Below are positions 27,922 to 37,809 of a stretch of DNA of 64,000 nt, in pieces (position 1 is the first letter of the stretch; the number at the start of each line of letters is the position of its first letter). A program made the translations under genes and the position numbers. The DNA lies in contig CBDCCZ010000006.1 of NCBI GenBank assembly GCA_965215005.1, positions 32,001 to 96,000 of the forward strand. The letters are read 5' to 3'. Origin of the DNA: Kofleriaceae bacterium. Its GTDB lineage: Bacteria > Myxococcota_A > Polyangia > Haliangiales > Haliangiaceae. The notes beneath the pieces were generated by a model. The model did no database searches and was not told the origin of the DNA. It saw only the letters and a program-made list of their open reading frames with translations.

Positions 27922-28788
27922 TTACCCGAGACCTTCGAAGCGAAAGTGAGCTGCCACCACATAGTTTGCGCCGATGACAAGGATCTTGCGCCTGCCTGCG
28001 ACCGGGCCAATCCCAGGCGTGGTTGTTTGAATGTCGTGCCCGATGAGGTATTCGCGCGCAACCTCGCAGATGGACTTAGGCGCGCGCATCAGCAGCCCGT
28101 AACCTCCCGCCAGCCGCTCCGAGCATGCTCCGCCACCGTAGCGGTCGACACCCGCCCAGTTCCCCGTGCGTCGTCTGATGGCTGCATCCAGGCCCCTGGC
28201 CACTGTATCCGCCGACCCAGGTTTTCCTGAGAAGTACAGGTCGTAGACGGGCTCTAGGTAGTCGAATAGAAGCGGGTGCGTCTCGAGAATCTCGATACGC
28301 TCGAACGCCTCCTCAGTGAAACCAAACTCTTCCTTCTCACGAAAGTGGACACGCAATCCGCAGCCGTCACCGACAAGGAGATCCCAGTATGTCGTCTGCC
28401 GGCGCGTGATTCGTCCACCGCTGCCGATCAGCGGCAACGGGAGGCTTTCTGGGAGTTCCGACTCCCACGCGCTTTCGCTACGCTGGAGCGCGTACTGCTG
28501 CAGGACGTCCGCGAACTCGGTCTGATTGCACCAGTACTCCTCGATGACTCCGGGTTCCTCGAAGCGGCTCCAGTTGAAACCGCCTTCAATATCGTTGAAC
28601 CAGAGGACCTGGTCGCCACGGATCGCCACGGCCCAGAAGTTCGCACCCGGCTCGCCGAACGGAGGACAGGCCCACTTGCTTGGATCGATACGGATCGCCT
28701 CCCAGTCGGAGCGCACGTCGTCGTACTCGCTGAGACCTTTGCTGAGCAGCGCTTCGAGTTCGGCTCGCGTGGTCGGTTTCCAGGACAT
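27922..28788 (-). CDS. Hypothetical protein, apparently two fused domains
   Basis: Trp-rich N-domain (KW..PP.G..G..FWAVAI.G..VLWFNDIEGGFN...EYWCNQ) and a C-domain containing HPLLFDY. The stop codon abuts the next ATG. Confidence 0.75.
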   Translation of the reverse strand: MSWKPTTRAELEALLSKGLSEYDDVRSDWEAIRIDPSKWACPPFGEPGANFWAVAIRGDQVLWFNDIEGGFNWSRFEEPGVIEEYWCNQTEFADVLQQYALQRSESAWESELPESLPLPLIGSGGRITRRQTTYWDLLVGDGCGLRVHFREKEEFGFTEEAFERIEILETHPLLFDYLEPVYDLYFSGKPGSADTVARGLDAAIRRRTGNWAGVDRYGGGACSERLAGGYGLLMRAPKSICEVAREYLIGHDIQTTTPGIGPVAGRRKILVIGANYVVAAHFRFEGLG

Positions 28789-29059
28789 GACGACTCTCGA
28801 TATTTCTACAATCCACCAGCCTCCGGCGACCCGATTCGAGTCTATCTGCTAAGCGCCGGGAGTTCGAGCTTCACAAGTCGGCGACGTGGGCATCAGACAT
28901 CCCGGGTTCGGCTTGCCGGCGACATACCGAGGCTCGGATCGAAGTCGGCCGGAGCCGCGGTCGGTGATCGATGCAGTCAATACGGTCGGTGACGCCGCTG
29001 ACGGCGTTCCGATGGCGGCCGTGAACGCCTCCTCGATCCCGAGCGCGCGCCGGTAGTCG

Positions 29060-31033
29060 ATGTCGCCTTGGCCGACGACGAGTGGGCGCAGCCAGGAGGT
29101 CTTTGGCAAAGCAGGCATCCTGGCGCGAGAGCTGCCGGGATTTGAACCGCGACCGGGTCAGCTGCACTTGGCGCGGGCCATCGACCAAGCCATGCGCGAG
29201 GAGCAACACATCCTCGGTGAAGCCCCCTGTGGCACCGGTAAGAGCCTAGCCTACGGCGTGCCCGCCGCGTACCACGCCGCGAAGCGCGGCAAGCGCGTCG
29301 TCATCGTCACCGCCAATATCGCGCTGCAGGAGCAGCTGGTCGGCAAGGACCTGCCCATGCTGGCGCGACTACTGCCATGGCCTATGTCGTTTGCGCTGCT
29401 CAAGGGCAAGAGCAACTACCTCTGCGTCGACAAGCTCGATGCGCTTGCGATCGCCGCGCAGCAGCCCGCGGCGCGACAGCAGCCGGAGCTCGTCGACATC
29501 CGGCGGTGGGCAAACACGACTTCGACCGGGGACAAGTCTCAGCTGAGCTTCGTACCTACTTCAAAGAACTGGTCGAAGGTGTCCTCCACCGCAGCCGAGT
29601 GCGTTCGCGAGCGCTGCGATTTCGTGAACTGTTGCTTCGCCGAGGCCGCAAAGGAGCGCGCCGAGGCGGCGCAGATCGTCGTCACCAACTACCACATGCT
29701 GTTCGCGCACCTCGAGGTGCTTGCCACCACTGGCAAGCATGCGGTCCTGCCCTCGTATGACTGCCTCGTGCTCGATGAGGCTCACACCGCGGCCGACATC
29801 GCCCGCGACTTCCGCTGCATCCAGGTGTCGGAGGCCTCGTTCAGCGCGATCGCCGCCGGTTTGCGCGAGCTGGGTCTCAATGACTTAGCCGAGAATCTCG
29901 CCTCACAGGCCGGCCACTTCTTCGCACAAGCCAGCGCCTATCAGAGCTCGCCAGCGTACCGCGGCCGCATCGAGGAGCCGTTCTTTCTCGACGCGGAACC
30001 GCTACTGGGGGCCCTAGAGGCCGCGCAGACCCACTCGCTGCAAATCGCCATTGACGTCTCCGAGGCCGAACTGAACCGCAGTACTCATGCTGCGCGCATT
30101 GCCTCCCGCCTCGACAGTCTCCGGGAACGATTCCAGCGACTCATCGCGCAGGACGACAATAACTGCGTCTACTGGCTCGAGGCCCGCGGCGCAGGCGGCG
30201 TCGCCTTGTCTGCCAAGCCGGTCGACGTGAGCGGCTGGCTCAGGCAGTGGCTGTTTCGCACGACGTCCTCGGTGACGGCAGTCTCCGCCACCCTCGCCGT
30301 TGGCCGCGACTTCAGCTTTGCCCGCCGCGAGCTCGGCGTCCCCTACGATGCACGCGAGCTCGTCGTCGACAGCCCCTTCGCCTTTGACAAGCAAGCGCTG
30401 CTCATCGTTCCCGCAGACGCACCCGACCCGCGAGAGCCGCGCTTCACCGACGCCGTGGCCAGCGCGCTGCGCCGTGTGATGGACCTCTGCGGCGGACGAA
30501 CTCTCGGCCTCTTCACGTCGCACCGCGTACTCGACCAGGTTCATGCGCAGCTCGAAGCCAGCGGCCACACCATCCTGCGGCAAGGCGATCGACCTCGCGG
30601 CGATCTAATCGCCACCTTCAAGAGCGACGTCGACTCCGTGCTCCTGGGCACCAGCAGCTTCTGGACCGGCATTGACGTGAAGGGGGAGGCGCTAACGGCG
30701 GTCGTGATCGACAAGATCCCGTTCCCGAACCTGAGCGATCCGGTCATCCAGTTCATCAACGACCGCACGCCAAAGGCGTTTGATCGCTACCTCTTACCGA
30801 AGGCCATCGTGACGCTACGGCAAGGCGTCGGACGGCTGATTCGCAGCCGCAGCGACATCGGCGTGGTCGTGCTCATCGATCGCCGCGCCATGGAAAGCCG
30901 GTACAGCGGCCAACTCATGCGCGCCCTGCCCCGGTTCCTCGGATCGCGCGACATCGACGACATCCCGCGCTTTCTCGAGTTCGCGAAGCAGGCGGCGCAA
31001 TCCAGCGATATGGGCTCATGCCAAGCGGCATGA
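29060..31033 (+). CDS. DinG/YoaA-family Fe-S ATP-dependent DNA helicase
   Basis: Q-motif RPGQ, APCGTGKS, Fe-S cysteines NYLC...ECVRERCDFVNCC, DEAH, SAT, LFTS, FWTGIDV, QGVGRLIRS. Exact start uncertain. Confidence 0.9.
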   Translation: MSPWPTTSGRSQEVFGKAGILARELPGFEPRPGQLHLARAIDQAMREEQHILGEAPCGTGKSLAYGVPAAYHAAKRGKRVVIVTANIALQEQLVGKDLPMLARLLPWPMSFALLKGKSNYLCVDKLDALAIAAQQPAARQQPELVDIRRWANTTSTGDKSQLSFVPTSKNWSKVSSTAAECVRERCDFVNCCFAEAAKERAEAAQIVVTNYHMLFAHLEVLATTGKHAVLPSYDCLVLDEAHTAADIARDFRCIQVSEASFSAIAAGLRELGLNDLAENLASQAGHFFAQASAYQSSPAYRGRIEEPFFLDAEPLLGALEAAQTHSLQIAIDVSEAELNRSTHAARIASRLDSLRERFQRLIAQDDNNCVYWLEARGAGGVALSAKPVDVSGWLRQWLFRTTSSVTAVSATLAVGRDFSFARRELGVPYDARELVVDSPFAFDKQALLIVPADAPDPREPRFTDAVASALRRVMDLCGGRTLGLFTSHRVLDQVHAQLEASGHTILRQGDRPRGDLIATFKSDVDSVLLGTSSFWTGIDVKGEALTAVVIDKIPFPNLSDPVIQFINDRTPKAFDRYLLPKAIVTLRQGVGRLIRSRSDIGVVVLIDRRAMESRYSGQLMRALPRFLGSRDIDDIPRFLEFAKQAAQSSDMGSCQAA

Positions 31034-31249
31034 GCAGCGCCACGGCCAACTTCTGCAGCGATGCCGGCCGATAAGCCAATGAGAAAGGCGCATCGACGCA
31101 ACGAAGCACCGCGCCCCAAGAACCACAGCTCGTCCCTAAACCTCATTTCCAGCTGCGCTGCGCGCCGTCTGGCAGATGGCGTTGGCCGAGCGAGAAATCT
31201 GCCGTAGCGACCCGCGCCCTCCCCTCGCATGCGACCGCAGGAGCCCGAT

Positions 31250-31459
31250 ATGAATCGATCAAGCGATCCGGAAGTGATGAATGCCGAGCAGGCCGCTGCG
31301 TTCCTCGGCGTCGATCGCAAGACCATCTATGACTACGCAAATCGCGGCAGGATCCCACATCGCCGGCTGGGCAAGCGCGTGCTTTTCAGCCGGACTGCTC
31401 TCGTGGCATGGTTGAGCGGAGAATGCAGCAAGTTGGCGTCATCCGGGAAAGGACATTGA
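31250..31459 (+). CDS. Excisionase-like HTH (HTH_17/Xis)
   Basis: MNAEQAAAFLGVDRKTIYDY...IPHRRLGKRVLFSRTALVAWL, directly upstream of the integrase. Confidence 0.85.
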   Translation: MNRSSDPEVMNAEQAAAFLGVDRKTIYDYANRGRIPHRRLGKRVLFSRTALVAWLSGECSKLASSGKGH

Positions 31460-31464
31460 TCCGA

Positions 31465-32664
31465 ATGCCCGTACGACGCGACAAGACGGGGCGCTGGCGC
31501 TACCGAGAGGTCATCGAGCTGCCTGATGGCTCGAGGGACCGAATCAACGGCAGTGCTCCGAAGCACAACAACACCAAGGCTGCTGCCCAGCAGGCGCTAC
31601 TCGATCATCTGCATCGACGCCGCAATCCTGAGCGGGCGCCGCAGCCACGAAAGGAGGTCCCCACGTTTCACGAATGGTTCACCGGACGGTTTTGGCAAGA
31701 GTGGGTGGTTGCCAGGAAGAACAAGCCAACGGAGATTCGCTCGAAAGAGATCATCTATCGCATCCACATCAAACCCGCGCTCGGCGACTTGAGTCTCGAC
31801 GAGATCGACGTGGGAACGGTGGCTCGATTCCGGGCTTCGCTTCTTCAGAAGACGACGGCTAAAGGCAAGCCGCTGAGTGACAAGCGCATCAACAACATTC
31901 TGGCGGTGCTCTCCAAGCCCCTCCGGTATGCGGTCGATGCCGAGGTGATCGCCAAGGCGCCCAAGATCGGTCTTCTCAAGGTCGAGCGGCCGGAGATCAT
32001 CTCCTGGGAGTTCCTCGAGTACGCGCGCGTTCTGCGTGCGGCCTATGAGGAAGGCCCAGAGTGGTACGCGGCGGTTTGTCTGGCGGGCGAAGCTGGTCTC
32101 CGAGTCGGCGAGGTGAAAGCGCTGCGGTGGTCTGATCTCGACCTCATCGCTGAGACCCTCACCGTCAACCAGCAGACGCGGAACGGCGTCACGGGGACGC
32201 CCAAGGGGCGCACGCGTCGCACCATCCCGATGACCACCACCCTGCTCGAGGCGCTCTTCCGCCTCGGCACGAAGCGCAGCGGCTTTGTCGTTCGTGACCC
32301 AGACGGGTCGCAGAAGTCAGACGGTCAAGCCGACCAGGCGATCGAACGGATCTGTCGCCGGGCTGGACTACCGATGCGGCGCTGGCACGTCCTCCGCCAT
32401 ACCTTCGGGACCCATGCAGCGCTCCTCGGCGTCAATCCGTGGACGCTGCAAATGTGGATGGGCCACAAGCGCATCGACGAGACCATGCTCTACGTCCACG
32501 TCGCCGCGAACCACCGTCGCGAGATCCCCGAGCCGGTGCTGGAAGCCGGACTCGGGGAAGCAGCTCCGGATGCGAGAATCATCCGAATGCTGGGTGCTCG
32601 TGGCAAAGCCGTGGCAAAAGCACCTGCGACCCACTCGCAATCCTCAATAATATCGACGAGATAG
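31465..32664 (+). CDS. Tyrosine recombinase/phage integrase
   Basis: Catalytic set GLRVGE, TPKG, HVLRH, MGH, TMLY; ends 5 nt from the tRNA 3' end. Confidence 0.92.
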   Translation: MPVRRDKTGRWRYREVIELPDGSRDRINGSAPKHNNTKAAAQQALLDHLHRRRNPERAPQPRKEVPTFHEWFTGRFWQEWVVARKNKPTEIRSKEIIYRIHIKPALGDLSLDEIDVGTVARFRASLLQKTTAKGKPLSDKRINNILAVLSKPLRYAVDAEVIAKAPKIGLLKVERPEIISWEFLEYARVLRAAYEEGPEWYAAVCLAGEAGLRVGEVKALRWSDLDLIAETLTVNQQTRNGVTGTPKGRTRRTIPMTTTLLEALFRLGTKRSGFVVRDPDGSQKSDGQADQAIERICRRAGLPMRRWHVLRHTFGTHAALLGVNPWTLQMWMGHKRIDETMLYVHVAANHRREIPEPVLEAGLGEAAPDARIIRMLGARGKAVAKAPATHSQSSIISTR

Positions 32665-32667
32665 GTA

Positions 32668-32751
<84 letters not shown>

Positions 32752-32778
32752 GAATTTGCAGAGGAAGATTGGACGAGC

Positions 32779-32807
32779 TTTTTAGTCGGATAGGGTGCGG
32801 CTGTCAA
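32779..32807 (-). promoter_or_regulatory. sigma70 promoter of the tRNA
   Basis: TTGACA-17 nt-TAAAAA. Confidence 0.7.
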
Positions 32808-32883
32808 GGTGGTGTTCGGGGAAATCGGAGCTGTTGTCGGCGTCGTCAGGTGGTGCATAGTTGTCGTCCGATCGCCGGCTTCG

Positions 32884-33552
32884 ATGGAGTCTCCTAGCTT
32901 TCACCGTCCTGCGCCTATGTCTCGCGCGGGGCTCGTTATGGCCCTGTATGGCGGGCTCTCGCTCGTCGCGATTTTGATATCGGCGGGGCGGGAGGACGTG
33001 GACATCTACCGCATCGAGGGGACGTCGACGGGATGGATGCTGCTGCTGAGTCCGCTGGTGGGCGTGGCGCTGGGGCTGTTGGTGGTGGGGCTGTCGCGGC
33101 TGGCGGTGGGTCGCTACGATTGGGCGCGGTCGCTGCATCACGACTTTCGCGAGCTGCTGGGGCCACTTACGCAGCGCGAGATCTTGGTGCTCGCGTTGGC
33201 GAGCTCGATCGGCGAAGAGCTGTTCTTTCGCGGTGCGCTGCAACCCTGGCTGGGAATCTGGCCGCAGGCGGTGTTGTTCGCGCTGCTGCACATCGGTCCA
33301 GGAATGCGTTTCTTGCCTTGGACGGCATCGGCGCTGGTGCTCGGGGCGACGTTTGGTCTGCTCTACCGCGGGACCGGTGATCTCGGCGCACCGATCGTTG
33401 CGCATTTCACAATCAATTATCTGAATCTGCACTTCATCGCTCGCACGGCCAATCCAGGTCGCATTGACGGCGGTGGCAGCGGCCGCTTTGGCAACGAATC
33501 GATGAGCGGCAGCTCGCAGACGCGCTCGGCGAATGCGGCAACGGACGCGTAG
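32884..33552 (+). CDS. CPBP (Abi/CAAX) family intramembrane metalloprotease
   Basis: GEELFFRG, FALLH, AHFTIN motifs and several TM helices. Confidence 0.9.
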   Translation: MESPSFHRPAPMSRAGLVMALYGGLSLVAILISAGREDVDIYRIEGTSTGWMLLLSPLVGVALGLLVVGLSRLAVGRYDWARSLHHDFRELLGPLTQREILVLALASSIGEELFFRGALQPWLGIWPQAVLFALLHIGPGMRFLPWTASALVLGATFGLLYRGTGDLGAPIVAHFTINYLNLHFIARTANPGRIDGGGSGRFGNESMSGSSQTRSANAATDA

Positions 33553-33595
33553 GGGCAATGTTGCCCGCGGTCGCGGGCGCCGATACGGTACCGGC

Positions 33596-35269
33596 ATGGG
33601 CATTCGCTGGGTCGCCAGGGCGGCGCTGCTGGGTTGTCTCGCGGCGGGCGCGCCGGTCTCGGCCGACGAGACTTCGACCGGCGATAAGCTGCGCATCCTT
33701 TATTCGAGCCAGTTCACGTTCACCGACGGCGGGGTGCCGCTGGTGACGGTGGAGCTCATTGGCGGCGAAAGCAGCGCCAAGGTTTCGGCGACCGGCGGGG
33801 TTGTCGTGCAACCCGACGGCGCCGGCGGCGCGAGTATCGAGGCGGGCGATTCCGATGCGCCTTGGACGATCAGCATTGAAAACGGCCGGCCGGCGGTGGT
33901 CCGCGAGTGGACGGTGGTGGCGCGGCTTGCGCCCGAGGATGAAAAGGGCGCAGACGCCGAACAACGTCGCTGGCAGCGCCGTGGGTTGCGAGCAACGCGC
34001 TTCGAGGTGGGAACGGTCTTCGGGGTCGAAGGCGAGGTGATGGACACTCGCGAGCTATTGATCGCGGTGGACCCGGTTCGGGCGCCGGGTGGGGAGCGCA
34101 ATGCGCGGTCGCTGGCAACACGCTTTAAAGTAGAAACGTCGGTCTACACCGAGCTGGTCCGGCGCCCGCAAGGCACGATCGTTGCCCGGAGCGGCGCTAT
34201 CACCGTCCGCAATCCCTCAGTGCTGTGGTTTCAGCCGCGGCACCAGGAACGCACGATTGAGGTCGCCAACGTGCTGGTCGGCGCCGGCGGCTCGCAGCTG
34301 AGCACGCATCGCGAAGACCGCCGCTACTGGGGCAGCGTGTATGCGACGGTCGGCCGCGACGGCAAGCTCACGATCGTCAACGCGGTCGCAGCGGACAAGC
34401 TGCTGGCGGGACTGGTTCCCGCTGAGATGTATCCCGACGCGCCGATGGCCGCGCTCGAAGCGCAGGCGATCGCGGCTCGCACGGAGCTGATGGAGAAGCT
34501 CGGCACGAGGCATTTAGCCGACCCATTCTTGCTGTGCTCTTCGCAGCAGTGTCAGGTGTATTCGGGCGCGGGGCGCGAGCATCCGAGAACCTCAAAAGCA
34601 GTCGAAGCAACGCGCGGGATGGTCCTGATGCGCGACGGCGGCGGCCTGGTGGATGCGCGTTACAGCGCCGCCGATGGCGGCTTCAGCGAAAACAACGAAA
34701 CCATCTGGGGGGGAGCGCCGGATCCATCGCTACGAGGCGTGCTCGATCAGGCGCTGCAAGGAGCTCTGGCGAAGCGCTTCGCCGGCGGCATCAACGACGC
34801 CAACATCGGCGCATTTCTCGCCTTGCCGCCAGAGGCTACTTACTGCGGCCGAAGCAAGTGGTCCAAAGACCGCTGCCGCTGGCGTCGCCGTGTCGACGCT
34901 GCCGAGCTCAGTCGCGCGCTCGCGGCGCAGGCTCCGAACCTTGGTCGCGTGGTTGCGCTCGAGCCGCTATCGCGCGGCATCTCTGGCCGAATCAATCGAC
35001 TCGCGATCCGCGGCGATCGCGGTCGGCTGGTGATAGACGGCGAGCTCGAGATTCGTCGTCTACTGGGTGGCTTGCGCTCATCACTGTTCGTCGTCGAGTT
35101 GGAAGGGCCAGAAAAACGGCCCCACGGTTTCGTGCTGCGCGGCGGCGGGTTTGGCCACGGCGTGGGCATGAGCCAGCTCGGCGCGATCGGCATGGCGCTC
35201 GATGGTCGAGGTCGACTCGACATCTTGCGTCACTACTACCGGGGCAGCCGCGTACGGCGCCTATATTGA
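33596..35269 (+). CDS. SpoIID/LytB domain protein (secreted)
   Basis: Signal peptide; GLVPAEM...ALEAQAIAART, CQVYSG, GFGHGVGMSQLGA, ILRHYYRG. Confidence 0.88.
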   Translation: MGIRWVARAALLGCLAAGAPVSADETSTGDKLRILYSSQFTFTDGGVPLVTVELIGGESSAKVSATGGVVVQPDGAGGASIEAGDSDAPWTISIENGRPAVVREWTVVARLAPEDEKGADAEQRRWQRRGLRATRFEVGTVFGVEGEVMDTRELLIAVDPVRAPGGERNARSLATRFKVETSVYTELVRRPQGTIVARSGAITVRNPSVLWFQPRHQERTIEVANVLVGAGGSQLSTHREDRRYWGSVYATVGRDGKLTIVNAVAADKLLAGLVPAEMYPDAPMAALEAQAIAARTELMEKLGTRHLADPFLLCSSQQCQVYSGAGREHPRTSKAVEATRGMVLMRDGGGLVDARYSAADGGFSENNETIWGGAPDPSLRGVLDQALQGALAKRFAGGINDANIGAFLALPPEATYCGRSKWSKDRCRWRRRVDAAELSRALAAQAPNLGRVVALEPLSRGISGRINRLAIRGDRGRLVIDGELEIRRLLGGLRSSLFVVELEGPEKRPHGFVLRGGGFGHGVGMSQLGAIGMALDGRGRLDILRHYYRGSRVRRLY

Positions 35270-35394
35270 AATTTTTCAGCCCGAAACCGCTTTTAGAAGA
35301 CCTCTCGTTGACGAGTCTACAGCGGCCGTCGTGAATAGAGACAACGGGGCAACTTTGGGACGCGCCCGGGACCGCAACAGGAGGCTGTATTGCT

Positions 35395-35607
35395 ATGGCT
35401 ATTGGCACAGTGAAATGGTTCAACGACGCAAAGGGGTATGGGTTCATCCAGAAGGAGGATGGGCGGGACGTCTTCGTGCACTACTCATCTATCGAGGGTG
35501 ATGGGTTTCGCACGCTGAATCAGGGGCAGCAGGTAAATTATGAGGAAGTCGATGGTCCCAAGGGTCTCTACGCGGCTCATGTAACCAAGGAGATGGGCGC
35601 TAACTAA
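35395..35607 (+). CDS. Cold-shock protein (CspA family)
   Basis: [15 protein letters not shown] (RNP1), DVFVHYS (RNP2); AGGAGG SD upstream. Confidence 0.96.
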   Translation: MAIGTVKWFNDAKGYGFIQKEDGRDVFVHYSSIEGDGFRTLNQGQQVNYEEVDGPKGLYAAHVTKEMGAN

Positions 35608-35718
35608 AAAGTGTCATCTTCGTAAGGTGTCTAACGTACAGATAGGCCTGCACCCGGTACATTAGGCATCCTAAGGCTGGAGCCAAGAAGTAGGCGCCAG
35701 GCACCACGATTTGCGGGG

Positions 35719-35767
35719 CAGAGCCACTATCCGCGAGGGGGACCCGATAGTGGCTCTGGCTTTTTTT
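35719..35767 (+). terminator. Intrinsic terminator
   Basis: CAGAGCCACTATC / GATAGTGGCTCTG 13-bp stem followed by GC-T7. Confidence 0.75.
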
Positions 35768-35925
35768 GACGCATCGAGCCAAGGCGTCACGGCCGAGCTT
35801 CGGGGGGAGCTCGGTCGTGGCGCCTTTCTCACGTCGAGTCTGTCGCATGGCCCATGCCGCTGCAGCCACACGAGGAGACTGCTTAGCAGTGGCAAGGTGT
35901 CTTGCTAGCGTCTCGGAGGTTCAGC

Positions 35926-37629
35926 TCACGGGCCTTGAGCCCCGCGTGAGCTCGAGCCGCTGCGCCGCGTTGAACTGTCGGGAAACCAGCCACGCGAGTC
36001 GCCGTCTTTCTCGGCCGGCGCTTTGCTGAGGATGAACGGCTCGGCGTTGAACGTGCCGCACTGACGCTCGTTGCGGTAGAAGCCCCAATGCATGTACGCG
36101 CGCCCGTCCGGCGAGCGAATCACCTCCGGCGGCGGCTCGAAGGGTGCCGACGAATAGATCACGTCGATCGCCGCGACGTCGAAGGTGCTGAGCCCGGAGG
36201 TCCTAACGATGGTCGTCTTGTGCAGCGAGCCGTCTGCGTTGACGACGATCTCGAGCTGCACCATCAGCTCGGGATTGTTGAGCGGATGGCTCGCGCGTTT
36301 GCTGGCGAGATCCTCAAGGAAGCCAAATCCCCACCGCTCGTGGATGCTCTGATGCATTCGCGCGAGGTAGACGGCAAACGGCGCCGCTCGCGTCTTCAGT
36401 GCCGTTTGATTTCCTGGCCGTACCTCGGGTGTGAAGTTCTCCAGCGATGACTTGATCGCCCCGAGTTTTTTCTCCCAGCGGCCTCGTCGCGCCGACTTCT
36501 GCCGCCTTCCCACCTCGCGCTCGCTCGCGACCTGATCCTTGCCGACAATGCGCTCGTAATCGTTCATGTCGAGCTGCGTCTTCAGCCCCGGACTGCCCTT
36601 CTTGCCGCGCTTGCCCGGATCACCCGAGCGCGGCCTCTCGATGAGACCGCCGCGCCCTTCAATGCCGCGCATCGACAGCGCACCTTTTTTTTGCGGCGCC
36701 TCCTGCCCCTCGTCGCCGCCCTCGCCGCCCTCTCCGGCTGCGGCCTGCTCTCGGGCCTCACCGGCGTTCGTCCTGGCTTCGCTGGCGCGAAACTCGCGCG
36801 CCGCCTTGATGTCCTCCAGCTGCGCAATCTGCTCTTCTTCGGCGCCGACCTCTTCACTCGAGATATCGCTTTTGGACGACGCGGCCTGCTCTCCCTGCTG
36901 CGCTCGCTCGAGATTGGTTTCCGTGGCCCGCGTTTCTTCGGCGACATCGCGATTCTTGTCGGAGAGAAAGCGCGCGTCGTTAGGCGCGTCCTCGACCAGG
37001 TTCTCGTCGGCCACCTCCACCGATTTGAGGTTTTCCTGCTCAACCGGCGGTGGCGGCGGCGCTTGCTCACGCGGCGCTTCAGGGGGCGGCTCGGGCGGCG
37101 GCGATGGCTTCGGCGGTGGCGGCACCACCGCAACTGGCTCGAGCAGCCGCTCGGCCTCGATCTCCGGCTCTGGCAGCGTCACCGTGAGCTCCTCGTCCGC
37201 CGCCTCAGGCGCCTGTTGCCAAGCAACCTCCACCGCGTCGGGAACGAGTCCCAGCTCGACCTTCACGTGCACGGTGGCGTCGAGAGTGACGCGGCATTGA
37301 CTCGGAAGGCTCTCGTCCATTTCGCAGCCGTCCCAGCCACCAAACGTGCTGCCCTCATCGGTGATCACGGTGAGCTGAACGACGTCTCCCGTCTCGAACG
37401 AAGCGCTACAAGCCGAGCCGCAGTCGATACCGGCCGGAAGCGAGACGACCTTCCCTTCTCCGTCACCGATTAGCTCGACGATGAGTCGCGGCTTTGGTTC
37501 TGGCCTTGCCAGCTCGTAAACTAGCAACAGGCCTGCTTGCGCGACGAGCGAGGCCAGCGCTGCCGGCGCCAGCACCCACGGTCTGCGATATAAACGTCGT
37601 CGCGCCACGAGGATGGCCAGAGGCTGCAC
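35926..37629 (-). CDS. TonB-family protein with N-terminal TM and InlB-B-repeat/Ig-like domain
   Basis: TM, then GEGKVVSLPAGIDCGSACSASF...FGGWDGC domain, Pro-rich linker, TonB-C-like TSGLSTFDVAAIDVI...APFEPPP. Start uncertain. Confidence 0.75.
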   Translation of the reverse strand: MQPLAILVARRRLYRRPWVLAPAALASLVAQAGLLLVYELARPEPKPRLIVELIGDGEGKVVSLPAGIDCGSACSASFETGDVVQLTVITDEGSTFGGWDGCEMDESLPSQCRVTLDATVHVKVELGLVPDAVEVAWQQAPEAADEELTVTLPEPEIEAERLLEPVAVVPPPPKPSPPPEPPPEAPREQAPPPPPVEQENLKSVEVADENLVEDAPNDARFLSDKNRDVAEETRATETNLERAQQGEQAASSKSDISSEEVGAEEEQIAQLEDIKAAREFRASEARTNAGEAREQAAAGEGGEGGDEGQEAPQKKGALSMRGIEGRGGLIERPRSGDPGKRGKKGSPGLKTQLDMNDYERIVGKDQVASEREVGRRQKSARRGRWEKKLGAIKSSLENFTPEVRPGNQTALKTRAAPFAVYLARMHQSIHERWGFGFLEDLASKRASHPLNNPELMVQLEIVVNADGSLHKTTIVRTSGLSTFDVAAIDVIYSSAPFEPPPEVIRSPDGRAYMHWGFYRNERQCGTFNAEPFILSKAPAEKDGDSRGWFPDSSTRRSGSSSRGAQGP

Positions 37630-37809
37630 GAACCGCGCCTTGAAAGGCGTGCTGCGGTATAGCAACGGCCGGGTGACGCGACAAGGCTTCCGGGCCGTTG
37701 CGTGGCCAGGGCTCCGCTTCGAACACTGCTCCCAACGGCTCACGCATTAGCGCACCGCCGGTGAGTCGTAACGCGGCAGCTCTTCTAGCGGTTCCCGAGT
37801 TTCCCTCCG

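Noticed and set aside
28849..29209. Short minus-strand ORFs between the unknown gene and dinG
   Set aside because: They overlap dinG and show no recognisable motif; at most a gene remnant.
29060..31033. Type IV CRISPR Csf4/CasDinG assignment
   Set aside because: No csf/cas genes or array in the window; it retains ordinary DinG/YoaA motifs.
35608..35826. 6S RNA or Pxr assignment for the hairpin cluster
   Set aside because: No single long rod with a central bubble, and the usual gene context is absent; left as an unassigned candidate.
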